Made by a program: the position numbers and the translations under genes. Positions 18,707 to 27,069 of a stretch of 64,000 nt of DNA are shown here, one piece after another. The DNA is taken from positions 160,001-224,000 of the forward strand of contig OZ223481.1 of assembly GCA_965140785.1 (NCBI GenBank). The letters run 5' to 3'. This stretch comes from an uncultured Ruficoccus sp. GTDB taxonomy: Bacteria; Verrucomicrobiota; Verrucomicrobiia; Opitutales; Cerasicoccaceae. How positions within the stretch are numbered: position 1 is the first letter of the stretch; the number at the start of each line of letters is the position of its first letter. Below the pieces are notes generated by a model that was not told the DNA's origin, ran no database searches, and worked only from the letters and a program-made list of their open reading frames with translations.

Positions 18707-20251
18707 ATGGCGCTGACCTCTTTTAAAAGTCAACTGCTGGCCGACGTCGGCATCAGCATGGGCGACGAAGGCAAGGGCCGCGTCGTTTACGAACTTATCG
18801 CCGAACTGAAGGAAAGCTCGAAGCTGGCCAAGCCCGTCGCCGCCGTCCTCAAGGTTAATGGCGGGGCCAACAGCGGCCACACCGCCGGCGGCCTCAAGCT
18901 AAACCTGCTCCCCGCCGGTGTAATCGATCCGGACATCGACCTGCTCGCCATCGGGATGGGCGTGGTGGCCGACCCGCGCAAGTTCTGGTGGGAGGCCAAG
19001 CCGCTCGAAACCGCTGGCTACGTCGTCGTCTCGCGCCTGGCCATCGACGAGCGCACCCAGGTCAGCGACCTGTGCCACCGCCTGCTCGACCTGGCCTGGG
19101 AGAGCTACCGCTCGAACATTCTGGGCGAGGACCCGCGCGGCTCGACCGGGCGCGGCATCACCCCCGCCTACCTCGATGAGGTCGGCCAGATGCAGATCGG
19201 CTATGCCGAGTTCGCGCGGGACCGCGACAGCTACGCCCGCAAGCTCGCCGCCCGCGCGGACCGCGCCCTGCGCACCATCCAGCACGTTTGCCAAGTCAGC
19301 GAACAGGATTTTAACCAGTTTTTCGAGACCCTGACCACAGCCGAGACCCGCGCCAACCAGTCCTCCATCGACGAGGGGATCTTCCCGGCCAGTGAATTCG
19401 ATTTCACCCGCTTCCGCGGCGACAAGCCCTTTACCCTCAACCTGCAGGCCCTGACCGAAGCCTATTGGGAGGCCGGGCAGGCACTGGCCGACCGCGTCAT
19501 GGACCTGCGCGAGCGCCTGCTGGCCGAGCTGCGCGACGGGCGCAGCATCATCGGCGAATTCGGCCAGTCCTACTGGCTGGACAAGCGGCACGGCTTCGCG
19601 CCCAACGTGACCGCCTCGCACACCTACTCGCCCGAGTTCTTCCAGTCCGCCGGGCTCCCGGTGCAGCCGGTCCACACCGTCGGCTGCTGCAAGGCCTACG
19701 ACACCAAAGTCGGCACCCACATTTTCCTCACCCAGTTCCCGGACAACCACCCGCTGGGCGAACGGCTCAAGCGGATCGAGTTCGGCACCAGCACGGGCCG
19801 CCAGCGCATGGTCGGCTGGTTCGACGCGGTGGAAAAGGGCGACGCCCTGCGCTTCGGCGGCTACGAAGATCTCGTGCTGAACAAGCTCGACGCCCTCACC
19901 GACGACTCCGGCGAGGCCGGCCAGCTCCGCGTCTGCACCCCACTACCGCGACGCCTCCGGCAAGACCTACTGCGAAGTCCCCCGCGACGACCGTGTGCGC
20001 CGCTCCCTGGAGCCGGTCTATGCCGAGCTGCCCACCTGGAGAGAAGACATTTCCGGCGTGCGCTCGTTCGCGCAGCTCCCCGCCGAGGCCCAGCACTACG
20101 TGGCCTTCTGTGTCAAAAGCCTGCTCGCCGTGGCCGAACGCAACGGCCACCGCCTCGAACAGCCCAACCTGCGCTACGTCGGCGTCGGCCGGATACCTCG
20201 CAGATCATCCGCGACGTCCCCGCCACCGCCGAGCTGATCAAGCTGGTTTAG
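18707..20251 (+). CDS. purA: Adenylosuccinate synthetase, with two compensating indels
   Basis: [38 protein letters not shown]; the expected EPVY.ELP.W...YVGVG segment is in a shifted frame between about 19941 and 20190. Confidence 0.9.
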   Translation: MALTSFKSQLLADVGISMGDEGKGRVVYELIAELKESSKLAKPVAAVLKVNGGANSGHTAGGLKLNLLPAGVIDPDIDLLAIGMGVVADPRKFWWEAKPLETAGYVVVSRLAIDERTQVSDLCHRLLDLAWESYRSNILGEDPRGSTGRGITPAYLDEVGQMQIGYAEFARDRDSYARKLAARADRALRTIQHVCQVSEQDFNQFFETLTTAETRANQSSIDEGIFPASEFDFTRFRGDKPFTLNLQALTEAYWEAGQALADRVMDLRERLLAELRDGRSIIGEFGQSYWLDKRHGFAPNVTASHTYSPEFFQSAGLPVQPVHTVGCCKAYDTKVGTHIFLTQFPDNHPLGERLKRIEFGTSTGRQRMVGWFDAVEKGDALRFGGYEDLVLNKLDALTDDSGEAGQLRVCTPLPRRLRQDLLRSPPRRPCAPLPGAGLCRAAHLERRHFRRALVRAAPRRGPALRGLLCQKPARRGRTQRPPPRTAQPALRRRRPDTSQIIRDVPATAELIKLV

Positions 20252-20260
20252 GCGGGGGAG

Positions 20261-20397
20261 TTGGGGGCTCCGCGCCCCCAAACCCCGCGGCAGGCACAGC
20301 CTGCACTTTCGATGCGACGCATCGCGTCAGCGTTTATTGAAAAGAGTGTCCCTCTTTTCAATAAACGCTGAGAAACATCAAAACTGGGCGCCACCAT
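20261..20397 (-). repeat. Repeat module M3 carrying a perfect 20-bp inverted repeat insert
   Basis: Minus strand ATGG..CCCAGTTTTGATG-[insert]-GCATCGAAAGTGCAGGC..CCTGCCGCGGGG..GGGGGCGCGGAGCCCCCA, matching 12332-12419 and 28624-28724. Confidence 0.75.
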
Positions 20398-20505
20398 CAG
20401 GCAGGCTGCATCCGGTATCGACTTCTAAACGGAGTAGCTGGACAGCTGTGTCCAAAAGGCGGCAAGCGCCCGCCGCTTTGAAGGCTCCCAGATTAGTAGC
20501 GGTCG

Positions 20506-21315
20506 CTACGCCTTAAACTCCCCGCCGGCGGCGGCTAGTTGCTCGGCCTCGGGCTGGTCCATGAGGGCGGTGTGTTCCTCGCAGTAGCCGCGTCCGTCCT
20601 TGTAGTAGAACTGGTCGTCGGGCTTGGTCTTGTCCGTCGCCCCGCAGATGCAGCAGCGGTGGAAAGGCTTGTCGGCCTCGGCCTTCTGCTTGGCTTCGAA
20701 GGTCTGGCGGCGCTTGACGGCCTTGCCGCGCCGGAGCATATCCCGCCCGAAGAAGAGGAAGAAATTCGCCGTAGCCGCGAGAATCATCAGGCGGGTGGAG
20801 GCCGTGCCGGTCAGAAACTGAAAGGCGTACAGGCCCCAAGTGAAAGCGGCCAGCCACTTGACCTTCACCGGCAGGATGAAAAAGAGCAGGAACTCGAAGT
20901 TCGGGTAGAGGTAGGCGAAGGCGAGAAAGACCGACCCGGCGAGGAAGGCATTGCTCGTTTCCTGGCCTGGGGCCGCGAAGGAGGCGGCCACGGTGGCCAG
21001 CGTCCCAACCAGGATAAACAAGTTGTAGCGGAATTCGCCCCAGGTCTGCTCTAGCGCCCGGCCCAGCATGAAAAACACGTACCAGGCGATGACCATGAAC
21101 AGCAGGCCCATGGCCGGGGGCATGAACAGAAAAGTCACCACCCGCCAGACTTCGCCTTGCAGGACCCGCGCGGGAACCAACGTCAGGCGCTCGACAGGAA
21201 AAACCTGCGACAGAGCGAGCCCGAAAACCGCCACCTGCCCCATGATGAGCCAGAGGGTCAGGTTCTTGATGGCCAGGCCGCCGAAGCGCCGTTCCAACCT
21301 GTCCAGTAGGGTCAT
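20506..21315 (-). CDS. Rhomboid-like/Der1-like membrane protein with C-terminal Cys/His-rich tail
   Basis: GEVWRVVTF, G..LE..WG.FRYNL, FFILPVKVKWL; tail HRCCICG...YCEEH. Confidence 0.75.
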   Translation of the reverse strand: MTLLDRLERRFGGLAIKNLTLWLIMGQVAVFGLALSQVFPVERLTLVPARVLQGEVWRVVTFLFMPPAMGLLFMVIAWYVFFMLGRALEQTWGEFRYNLFILVGTLATVAASFAAPGQETSNAFLAGSVFLAFAYLYPNFEFLLFFILPVKVKWLAAFTWGLYAFQFLTGTASTRLMILAATANFFLFFGRDMLRRGKAVKRRQTFEAKQKAEADKPFHRCCICGATDKTKPDDQFYYKDGRGYCEEHTALMDQPEAEQLAAAGGEFKA

Positions 21316-21332
21316 GGGTTCTCGATCTCCTT

Positions 21333-21356
21333 AAAAAAAACTCAGCGCGCGGCTGA
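21333..21356 (-). terminator. Probable terminator downstream of the Pfk-like gene
   Basis: Minus strand TCAGC-CGCGC-GCTGA-G-T8. Confidence 0.5.
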
Positions 21357-21436
21357 AAAATCCGCCCGCCTCCGCGCCCGGATGGACGCGGAGACTGCGG
21401 CGGCGAAAGTGTGCACGGGAAGACCCGCGCCGGCGC

Positions 21437-22696
21437 TTAGGCCACGGTGTAGGCTTCCAGGCGCTTGTCCACCCGGTTGGCCACGAGTGAGACGAACTGC
21501 GGGATGCCGTTGTCGAACGGTACGGCCACTTCGCCCACAGTCAGCGGGCTGGCGTACTTGAAGTACTGGTAGCTAATGCTGATACCGTCTTCGTTGATCC
21601 AGTTGGCGGGGAAGGCCTTGCTGCTGTCGGCAATCTCGGCCAGGGAGGCCAGGCCGGTTTCGCAGCTGTAGGTGTCCGTATCGCCACGGGAAAGAGTGAC
21701 CATCTTGCCGGTTTCGCCTTCGGCGGCGGCGGCGACGGCGGCCTGGCCGCAGAGGAAGGCCTCGTTGGAGTCGGTCAGGGAAGCCGAGCGGGCGGCACAG
21801 CGCTGGGTGGCGCCGAGCACAGAGCACTGGACCTTGACCGCGAGGTGCTGCTCCACCAACTGGCGCAGGAAGAGGGCCGGGGTGCTGATGTTCGGCAGGG
21901 AAGCCATCTCAGCCGGGATGGAGGTGGCCAGGTAATTGCCGTCGGTGTCCACGAGCCCCTCGCCCACCACGATCTGGCAGTAGGTGTGGGTCTTGAGGAC
22001 GTTGCGCACGTGCTCCACGAAGTTGTCCGCGTCGAAGGCCACCTCGGGCATCAGGATGAGGTGGGGCGGGTCGTTGGGCTCGTTGCGGCGCTTGGCCAGC
22101 GAGGAAGCCGCTGCCAGCCAGCCGGCGTGGCCGCCGCCGACCTCGAGGATCGAAACCAGGTCGTGGTTGCCCTGGCAGGAGGCGTCGATGGCCAGTTCCT
22201 TAACCGTGGCGGCGATCTTCTTGACCGCGCTGCCGTAGCCGGGGCAGTGGTCGGTGAGGGAAAGCTCGTTCGTGAGGGACTTGGGCAGGCCGATGACGCG
22301 CAGGCTGGAGCCCTTGGACTCGGCAAGTTCATTCAGGCGGGCACCGGCTTCCAGGGTTTCGCGGTCACCGATGAGCAGGAAAAAACAGATGTTGTGGGCT
22401 TCGAGCACGGACAGGATCCGCTCGTGCTCCTCGGGGCGACGGACAGCGCCACGGCTGACGCCGAGGGCAGCACCCGGGGTGACACGCAGGCCGCGGATGA
22501 CCTGTTGGGACTCCTCGGCCAAGTCGATGATCTCCTCGTTCATAAGGCCGCGGAGACCGTTGAGCCCGCCGTAGATTTCCTCGATGCAGCCGTGGTTAAG
22601 CGCTTCGGTGACGGCGCCCGCGAGGGTGGAATTTACAGTGGGGGTCGGCTCGCCGTCCTGGACGATCAAAATGTTTCCGGTGAGTTCTTCGGACAT
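21437..22696 (-). CDS. Phosphofructokinase (PPi-type clade) homologue with degenerate active site
   Basis: Scaffold motifs TP.AALG, TDHCPGYGS, HAGWLAAA, PHLILMPE, VVGEG are kept; catalytic motifs are altered. Confidence 0.85.
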   Translation of the reverse strand: MSEELTGNILIVQDGEPTPTVNSTLAGAVTEALNHGCIEEIYGGLNGLRGLMNEEIIDLAEESQQVIRGLRVTPGAALGVSRGAVRRPEEHERILSVLEAHNICFFLLIGDRETLEAGARLNELAESKGSSLRVIGLPKSLTNELSLTDHCPGYGSAVKKIAATVKELAIDASCQGNHDLVSILEVGGGHAGWLAAASSLAKRRNEPNDPPHLILMPEVAFDADNFVEHVRNVLKTHTYCQIVVGEGLVDTDGNYLATSIPAEMASLPNISTPALFLRQLVEQHLAVKVQCSVLGATQRCAARSASLTDSNEAFLCGQAAVAAAAEGETGKMVTLSRGDTDTYSCETGLASLAEIADSSKAFPANWINEDGISISYQYFKYASPLTVGEVAVPFDNGIPQFVSLVANRVDKRLEAYTVA

Positions 22697-22794
22697 GTCT
22701 GTCTGGTGGTTTGGATGATTAAAAGAGTGCCACATTTGAGCATGGCCAATGGGCTTGGCAACGAAAAACGCGCCGGAGGGACCATCCGGCCACT

Positions 22795-24420
22795 TCAGGC
22801 TTCCAACTTATTGCTGACGGGACCGGGGGTGGCGTGTTCCAGCGAGCGGGCGAGGGAGTTGAGCAGCCAGATCAGGCGCTCGACCCCGGCCACGAGCTGG
22901 AGCAGCTCGGCCTGCTCCCGGGGAGGAGCCTGGGTGGTCGTCTCCACAAACCCCTGACGCAGGCGCGAAAGGGTCTCGCTGCCATCCCCGGTGATGAGCT
23001 GGGCCAGCGCGATGTCGTCGGAATCGCCGGAGGCGACCGCGTCGAACACGGTCAGCGCCGCCGCCTCGAAACCCTCGTAGAGCCGTCCGCCGCTGGTATC
23101 GCGGTGGCGGGCAAGCTCCTTGGCTCGGGGGATGCTTTTATAAAATTCCGTTTCGAGCGCGGCATAAATGTCGAGCCGCTCGTTTAACATACCGACCCGG
23201 TGCACCGTTCCTGTCGCAAGCGACTGGTGCACAAGTAGATCCAAATAACCGTGAATGGCCTCATGCAGGGCGCGGGTGCTGTCGTGGATGCGCCGGGCCT
23301 CCTCCGGGAGGAAGTTCGAGTGCGGGTCGAGCCGCAGGTAGCGGGTGAGCTGCTCGCCGAGGCGGGCCTGCTCCATCTCGATCAGGTCGAGGCAGGTTTC
23401 CGGCTGGGCCTCGCAGCGCGGGTAGAGGTACTTGGGACGGCTCGCGTCCTCGTCCACCGGCGGCGGGTAGAGGCGGTTCAACCACTGGGAGAGCGACCCT
23501 TCCAGCGGCATGATGACGAGCGTCGTCAGCACGCAGTAGAGGAGATTGGCCACCGCCATCTCGGTCGAGAGCGAGGTCGAAAGCTTTTCCAGCAAAGCGG
23601 CCACCAGCGGCACCCCACCCCACACCTCGACGAAAAACAGCGGCACCAGAATGGCCGTCCCGATCCACCCGTAATAGACCTGAAACATGGCCATCTGCTT
23701 CGGCGTGCCCTTGAGCCGGAGTGTCAGCAGGTGCGTGATCAGGCTCGCCCCGAGGTTGACCCCGTAGATGGCCATGAGCGCCTCCAGCCGCCCCATCAGC
23801 CCGGCCTGGGCCAGCACGATGGTGACGAGGATGACGGCGTTGCCGGACTGGGCCACCACCGTCAGCAGGCACCCGGCGATGAACACCAGCAGGTACTGCC
23901 CGGCGGTCGCCTCCATGATGTGGCGGAACCAGACAAAGTTCTGAAAATCCTCCCCATAATCCTGCAGCGTGAACAGCCCGGTAAAGAGCAGTCCCATGCC
24001 GAAGAGAAAGCCCAGCATGTCCCGCCCCCGGCGCGGCACCTGAAAGGCGTAGAGGATGCCCGCGATTCCCACCAGGTACGCGATGAAGAGATTCAGCGGC
24101 AGCACCAGGAAGAAAATCAGCAGACAGGTGCCGGGGTTGGACCAGTTGAGCAGCGAGATCGCCCGCTGGCGCTTCATCAGGCCGCTGGAGACGACGCTGA
24201 TGGTCAGAAAGGTGATGGCGGCGGCGGTCTGGGTAATGGCCCCGATCCAGAACCCCCACCAGGCCGCGCGCCAGCGGGTCGAGGTCAGCCGCAGAAATAT
24301 CCCGTGCAGGCGGTGCCCGGTCAGCCGCTTCAGGTGCTGGTCGATGATCTGGATGCCAACGAAGAACAGCCCCAGCCCGGCCAGAATATATCCGATGATG
24401 AAAAAGAGCCCCTCTTGCAC
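22795..24420 (-). CDS. Na/Pi cotransporter family protein with PhoU-like C-terminus
   Basis: GLGLFF.G, repeated QT/QS...N.GT/NLGA elements, multiple TMs, helical cytoplasmic tail; GTG start. Confidence 0.8.
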   Translation of the reverse strand: MQEGLFFIIGYILAGLGLFFVGIQIIDQHLKRLTGHRLHGIFLRLTSTRWRAAWWGFWIGAITQTAAAITFLTISVVSSGLMKRQRAISLLNWSNPGTCLLIFFLVLPLNLFIAYLVGIAGILYAFQVPRRGRDMLGFLFGMGLLFTGLFTLQDYGEDFQNFVWFRHIMEATAGQYLLVFIAGCLLTVVAQSGNAVILVTIVLAQAGLMGRLEALMAIYGVNLGASLITHLLTLRLKGTPKQMAMFQVYYGWIGTAILVPLFFVEVWGGVPLVAALLEKLSTSLSTEMAVANLLYCVLTTLVIMPLEGSLSQWLNRLYPPPVDEDASRPKYLYPRCEAQPETCLDLIEMEQARLGEQLTRYLRLDPHSNFLPEEARRIHDSTRALHEAIHGYLDLLVHQSLATGTVHRVGMLNERLDIYAALETEFYKSIPRAKELARHRDTSGGRLYEGFEAAALTVFDAVASGDSDDIALAQLITGDGSETLSRLRQGFVETTTQAPPREQAELLQLVAGVERLIWLLNSLARSLEHATPGPVSNKLEA

Positions 24421-24545
24421 GTGTGGACTAGATACCTAGGAGCTTTTCCCGAAAACACAAGCCGCACATCGCCCTGCCCTGTTCCGGGGCAGGCACACCA
24501 AGCCGTCAGGACACGAGGTCCAGACGACGGGTCCAGGCGGACTCG

Positions 24546-24569
24546 GATCAAACGCCGGGCGTTTGCTAG
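24546..24569. repeat. Repeat module M4 (CAAACGC hairpin next to CTAG)
   Basis: GATCAAACGCCGGGCGTTTGCTAG; 23/24 identical to 54954-54977. Confidence 0.7.
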
Positions 24570-24745
24570 AAGCCGACCGCCACGACAATGAAGAGAAACA
24601 GCAAGGCCAACCCGGCCAGCATGCCGACCAGAACCAGCTTATCCTTGCCGGAAGGCTTGGGATAATCGTTGTAATCCTCCTGCTCGTAAGCAGTGGGGCC
24701 GTTCGGAGTCGGGATTTCCTTCGGCTTGACGGTTTCGTCGCTCAT
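24566..24745 (-). CDS. 59-aa protein with a C-terminal TM helix (absent from the ORF track)
   Basis: MSDETVKPKEIPTPNGPTAYEQEDYNDYPKPSGKDKLVLVGMLAGLALLFLFIVVAVGF*; AAGGA SD-like motif upstream. Confidence 0.75.
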   Translation of the reverse strand: MSDETVKPKEIPTPNGPTAYEQEDYNDYPKPSGKDKLVLVGMLAGLALLFLFIVVAVGF

Positions 24746-24865
24746 ACAGGGATCCTTGAGTTGGGGTTACTTCATAAATAAAACTTATCCCGCCGTTAAA
24801 CTCAACCCGAAAGCGTGGGAAATACTGGGAACCGTCCGATGATAGCCTTAAATTAACCCTGCCGG

Positions 24866-24905
24866 GGGGTAGGAGCCTTGTTGGCTCCGTAGGGGCACAG
24901 CCCCT
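24866..24905 (+). repeat. Repeat module M2 (tandem GTAG-tagged hairpins)
   Basis: GGGGTAG-GAGCC-TTGTT-GGCTC-C-GTAG-GGGC-ACA-GCCCCT. Confidence 0.75.
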
Positions 24906-24929
24906 CCTTGCCGGCGGATGCAACCCGCC

Positions 24930-26354
24930 TTAGAGAATCTCTTCCGGCACGTACTCGGCGGCGGCGGAGTAAAGCTCGGCGATGGGGACGACCTTTTCCG
25001 CGAAGCGGCCGACCTGCCGGACGGCGGCGCCGGTTTCCTCCTTGGCCTTCTCGATCAGGGCGGCGATGTGTTCGGCGCTGAGCTTGAGGCGACCGTCCGC
25101 GCCCAGGCGTTCGACGAGGTTGTTCTCGGAAATCTTACCCGTACGCAGGTCGCGGACGGTGCCCAGGGCGTGTTCCTTGATTGCCTCGTGCGCCTCCTCG
25201 CGCCCCACCCCGGCCTTGACCGCCTCCATGAGGATGGCCGTGGTCGAGAGGAAGGGCAGGTAGTGGGCGTTTTCCTTGGCCGTCATTTCCGGGTAAACCT
25301 CCATCTGGCGCAGCACGGTGAGGAAGGTCTCCAGCAGCCCGTCGAGGGCGAAGAAAGCGTCCGGCAGAACCACGCGGCGCACGACCGAACAGGAGACATC
25401 GCCCTCGTTCCACTGGTCCCCGCCCAGCTCGGCGGCCATGGTGACGTGGCCGCGCAGGATGTGGTGGAAGCCGTTGATGCGCTCGCAACTGCGGGAGTTC
25501 ATCTTGTGGGGCATGGCGGAGGAGCCGGTCTGGCCCTTGGCAAAGCCCTCCGAGGCCAGCTCGTGTCCGGCCATCAGGCGCAGGGTCTTGGCCAGGGAAG
25601 CGGGGCCGCAGGCGAGCTGGTAGAGCGCGCTCACCACCTCGAAGTCGAGGCTGCGCGGGTACACCTGCCCCACGCACTCCAGGGAGGCGGGCAGGCCGAG
25701 GTGCTCGCTCACGCGCTGGTCGAGCTGGGCAGCCTTGGCATCGTCGCCGTCGAAGAGCCGGAGCTGGTCGGTCTGGGTGCCGACCGCGCCCTTGAGCCCG
25801 CGCGAGGGGTAGGACTTCATTAAAGCATCGAGCCGGTTGAAGGCGATGAGCAGGTCCTCGCCGAACATGACCAGGCGCTTGCCAAAGGTCGTCAACTGCG
25901 CCGCCACATTGTGCGTGCGGGCGGTGATGGGCAGCTCTTTGGTCTCGTCGGCCTTTTTGCTCAGGGCGATGAGGGCGGCGGCCACTTTTTCGCGCACCAG
26001 CCCGAGTGCGCGGTAAACCTGGAGCTGCTCGACATTCTCGGTCAGGTCGCGGCTGGTCATGCCCTTGTGGAGCTGCTGGTGTCCGGCCAGGTCGCAGAAC
26101 TCTTCCAGGCGGGCCTTGACGTCGTGGCGGGTGATCTTCTCGCGGCGCTTGATCGACTCGAGATCGACCTGATCGCGAACGCCCTCGTAGGCTTCGACGA
26201 CCCCGTCGGGCACGCCCAGTCCAAGGTCGGCCTGCGCCTTGAGCACGGCGATCCAGAATTCACGCTCCAGCACAATACGGCCGCCGGGCGACCAGATTTT
26301 CTTCATCGGCTCGCTGGCGTAGCGATCGGCCAGCACATTGGGGATACTCTCCAT
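24930..26354 (-). CDS. purB: Adenylosuccinate lyase
   Basis: TRHDVKA, HKGMTSRD, ARTH..AAQ.TT.GKR, GSSAMPHKMN. Confidence 0.95.
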   Translation of the reverse strand: MESIPNVLADRYASEPMKKIWSPGGRIVLEREFWIAVLKAQADLGLGVPDGVVEAYEGVRDQVDLESIKRREKITRHDVKARLEEFCDLAGHQQLHKGMTSRDLTENVEQLQVYRALGLVREKVAAALIALSKKADETKELPITARTHNVAAQLTTFGKRLVMFGEDLLIAFNRLDALMKSYPSRGLKGAVGTQTDQLRLFDGDDAKAAQLDQRVSEHLGLPASLECVGQVYPRSLDFEVVSALYQLACGPASLAKTLRLMAGHELASEGFAKGQTGSSAMPHKMNSRSCERINGFHHILRGHVTMAAELGGDQWNEGDVSCSVVRRVVLPDAFFALDGLLETFLTVLRQMEVYPEMTAKENAHYLPFLSTTAILMEAVKAGVGREEAHEAIKEHALGTVRDLRTGKISENNLVERLGADGRLKLSAEHIAALIEKAKEETGAAVRQVGRFAEKVVPIAELYSAAAEYVPEEIL

Positions 26355-26484
26355 CCCCAACGATAAAAAGAGGATTCGCCCGGATTGCACGGATATTTCT
26401 CATTCTCTTCGGATTGGGAAGCGGTTGAGAAAAACCTTTTGCCCCGCTTGCATAAAACACGTGTTGGGGGCACATTATGGTGCG

Positions 26485-26976
26485 ATGGCAAAAGCACGTC
26501 CGCAACTGATCCAGGCGCTCCGGGAAACGGCCCGGCAGATCGACGCCGGGGCGGACTACCACTGGGCGCACGCGGGCAAGTGCAACTGCGGCCACCTCGC
26601 CCAGGTCATCACCGGCCTGAGCCCGAGCGAGATCTTCCAGCGGGCGCAAAAGCACGAACTGACCGAGTGGTCCGAGTACGCCAACGATTACTGCCCCGCC
26701 AGCGGCGTTCCCATCGACGACATCATCCAGTGCATGCTAAAGGCCGGCCTCGAACGGCGCGACCTGCACCGGCTCGAATACCTCAGCGACGTGCGCGTGC
26801 TCATGGCCCTGCCCGGCGGCATGCGCTACCTGCGCCGCAACCAGCCAGTGGACGTCGCCCTCTACCTGCGCACCTGGGCCAGCCTGCTCGAACTCGAGCT
26901 CAAAGCCGCCCGCCGCCGCCGCGCCGGGGTGAAAGAATCGTCCGTGCCCGGCTTCTATCCCATCCACGGGTATTAA
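26485..26976 (+). CDS. Hypothetical protein with H-x2-x-CNCGH motif
   Basis: 163-aa ORF with host-like codon use; YHWAHAGKCNCGHLAQ, YCPASG. Confidence 0.75.
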   Translation: MAKARPQLIQALRETARQIDAGADYHWAHAGKCNCGHLAQVITGLSPSEIFQRAQKHELTEWSEYANDYCPASGVPIDDIIQCMLKAGLERRDLHRLEYLSDVRVLMALPGGMRYLRRNQPVDVALYLRTWASLLELELKAARRRRAGVKESSVPGFYPIHGY

Positions 26977-27069
26977 GACCTACTTCGGCAGGAGACAGCC
27001 CGAGCCCGTCTGCGGATCATAAATCTAGCATTTATGATTTTAGACATCTACGAATCTATAAAGATCCCC

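Noticed and set aside
27016..27038. Palindrome ATCATAAAT-CTAGC-ATTTATGAT as an operator
   Set aside because: Single copy between convergent gene ends, not in a promoter; probably a terminator-like hairpin or repeat remnant
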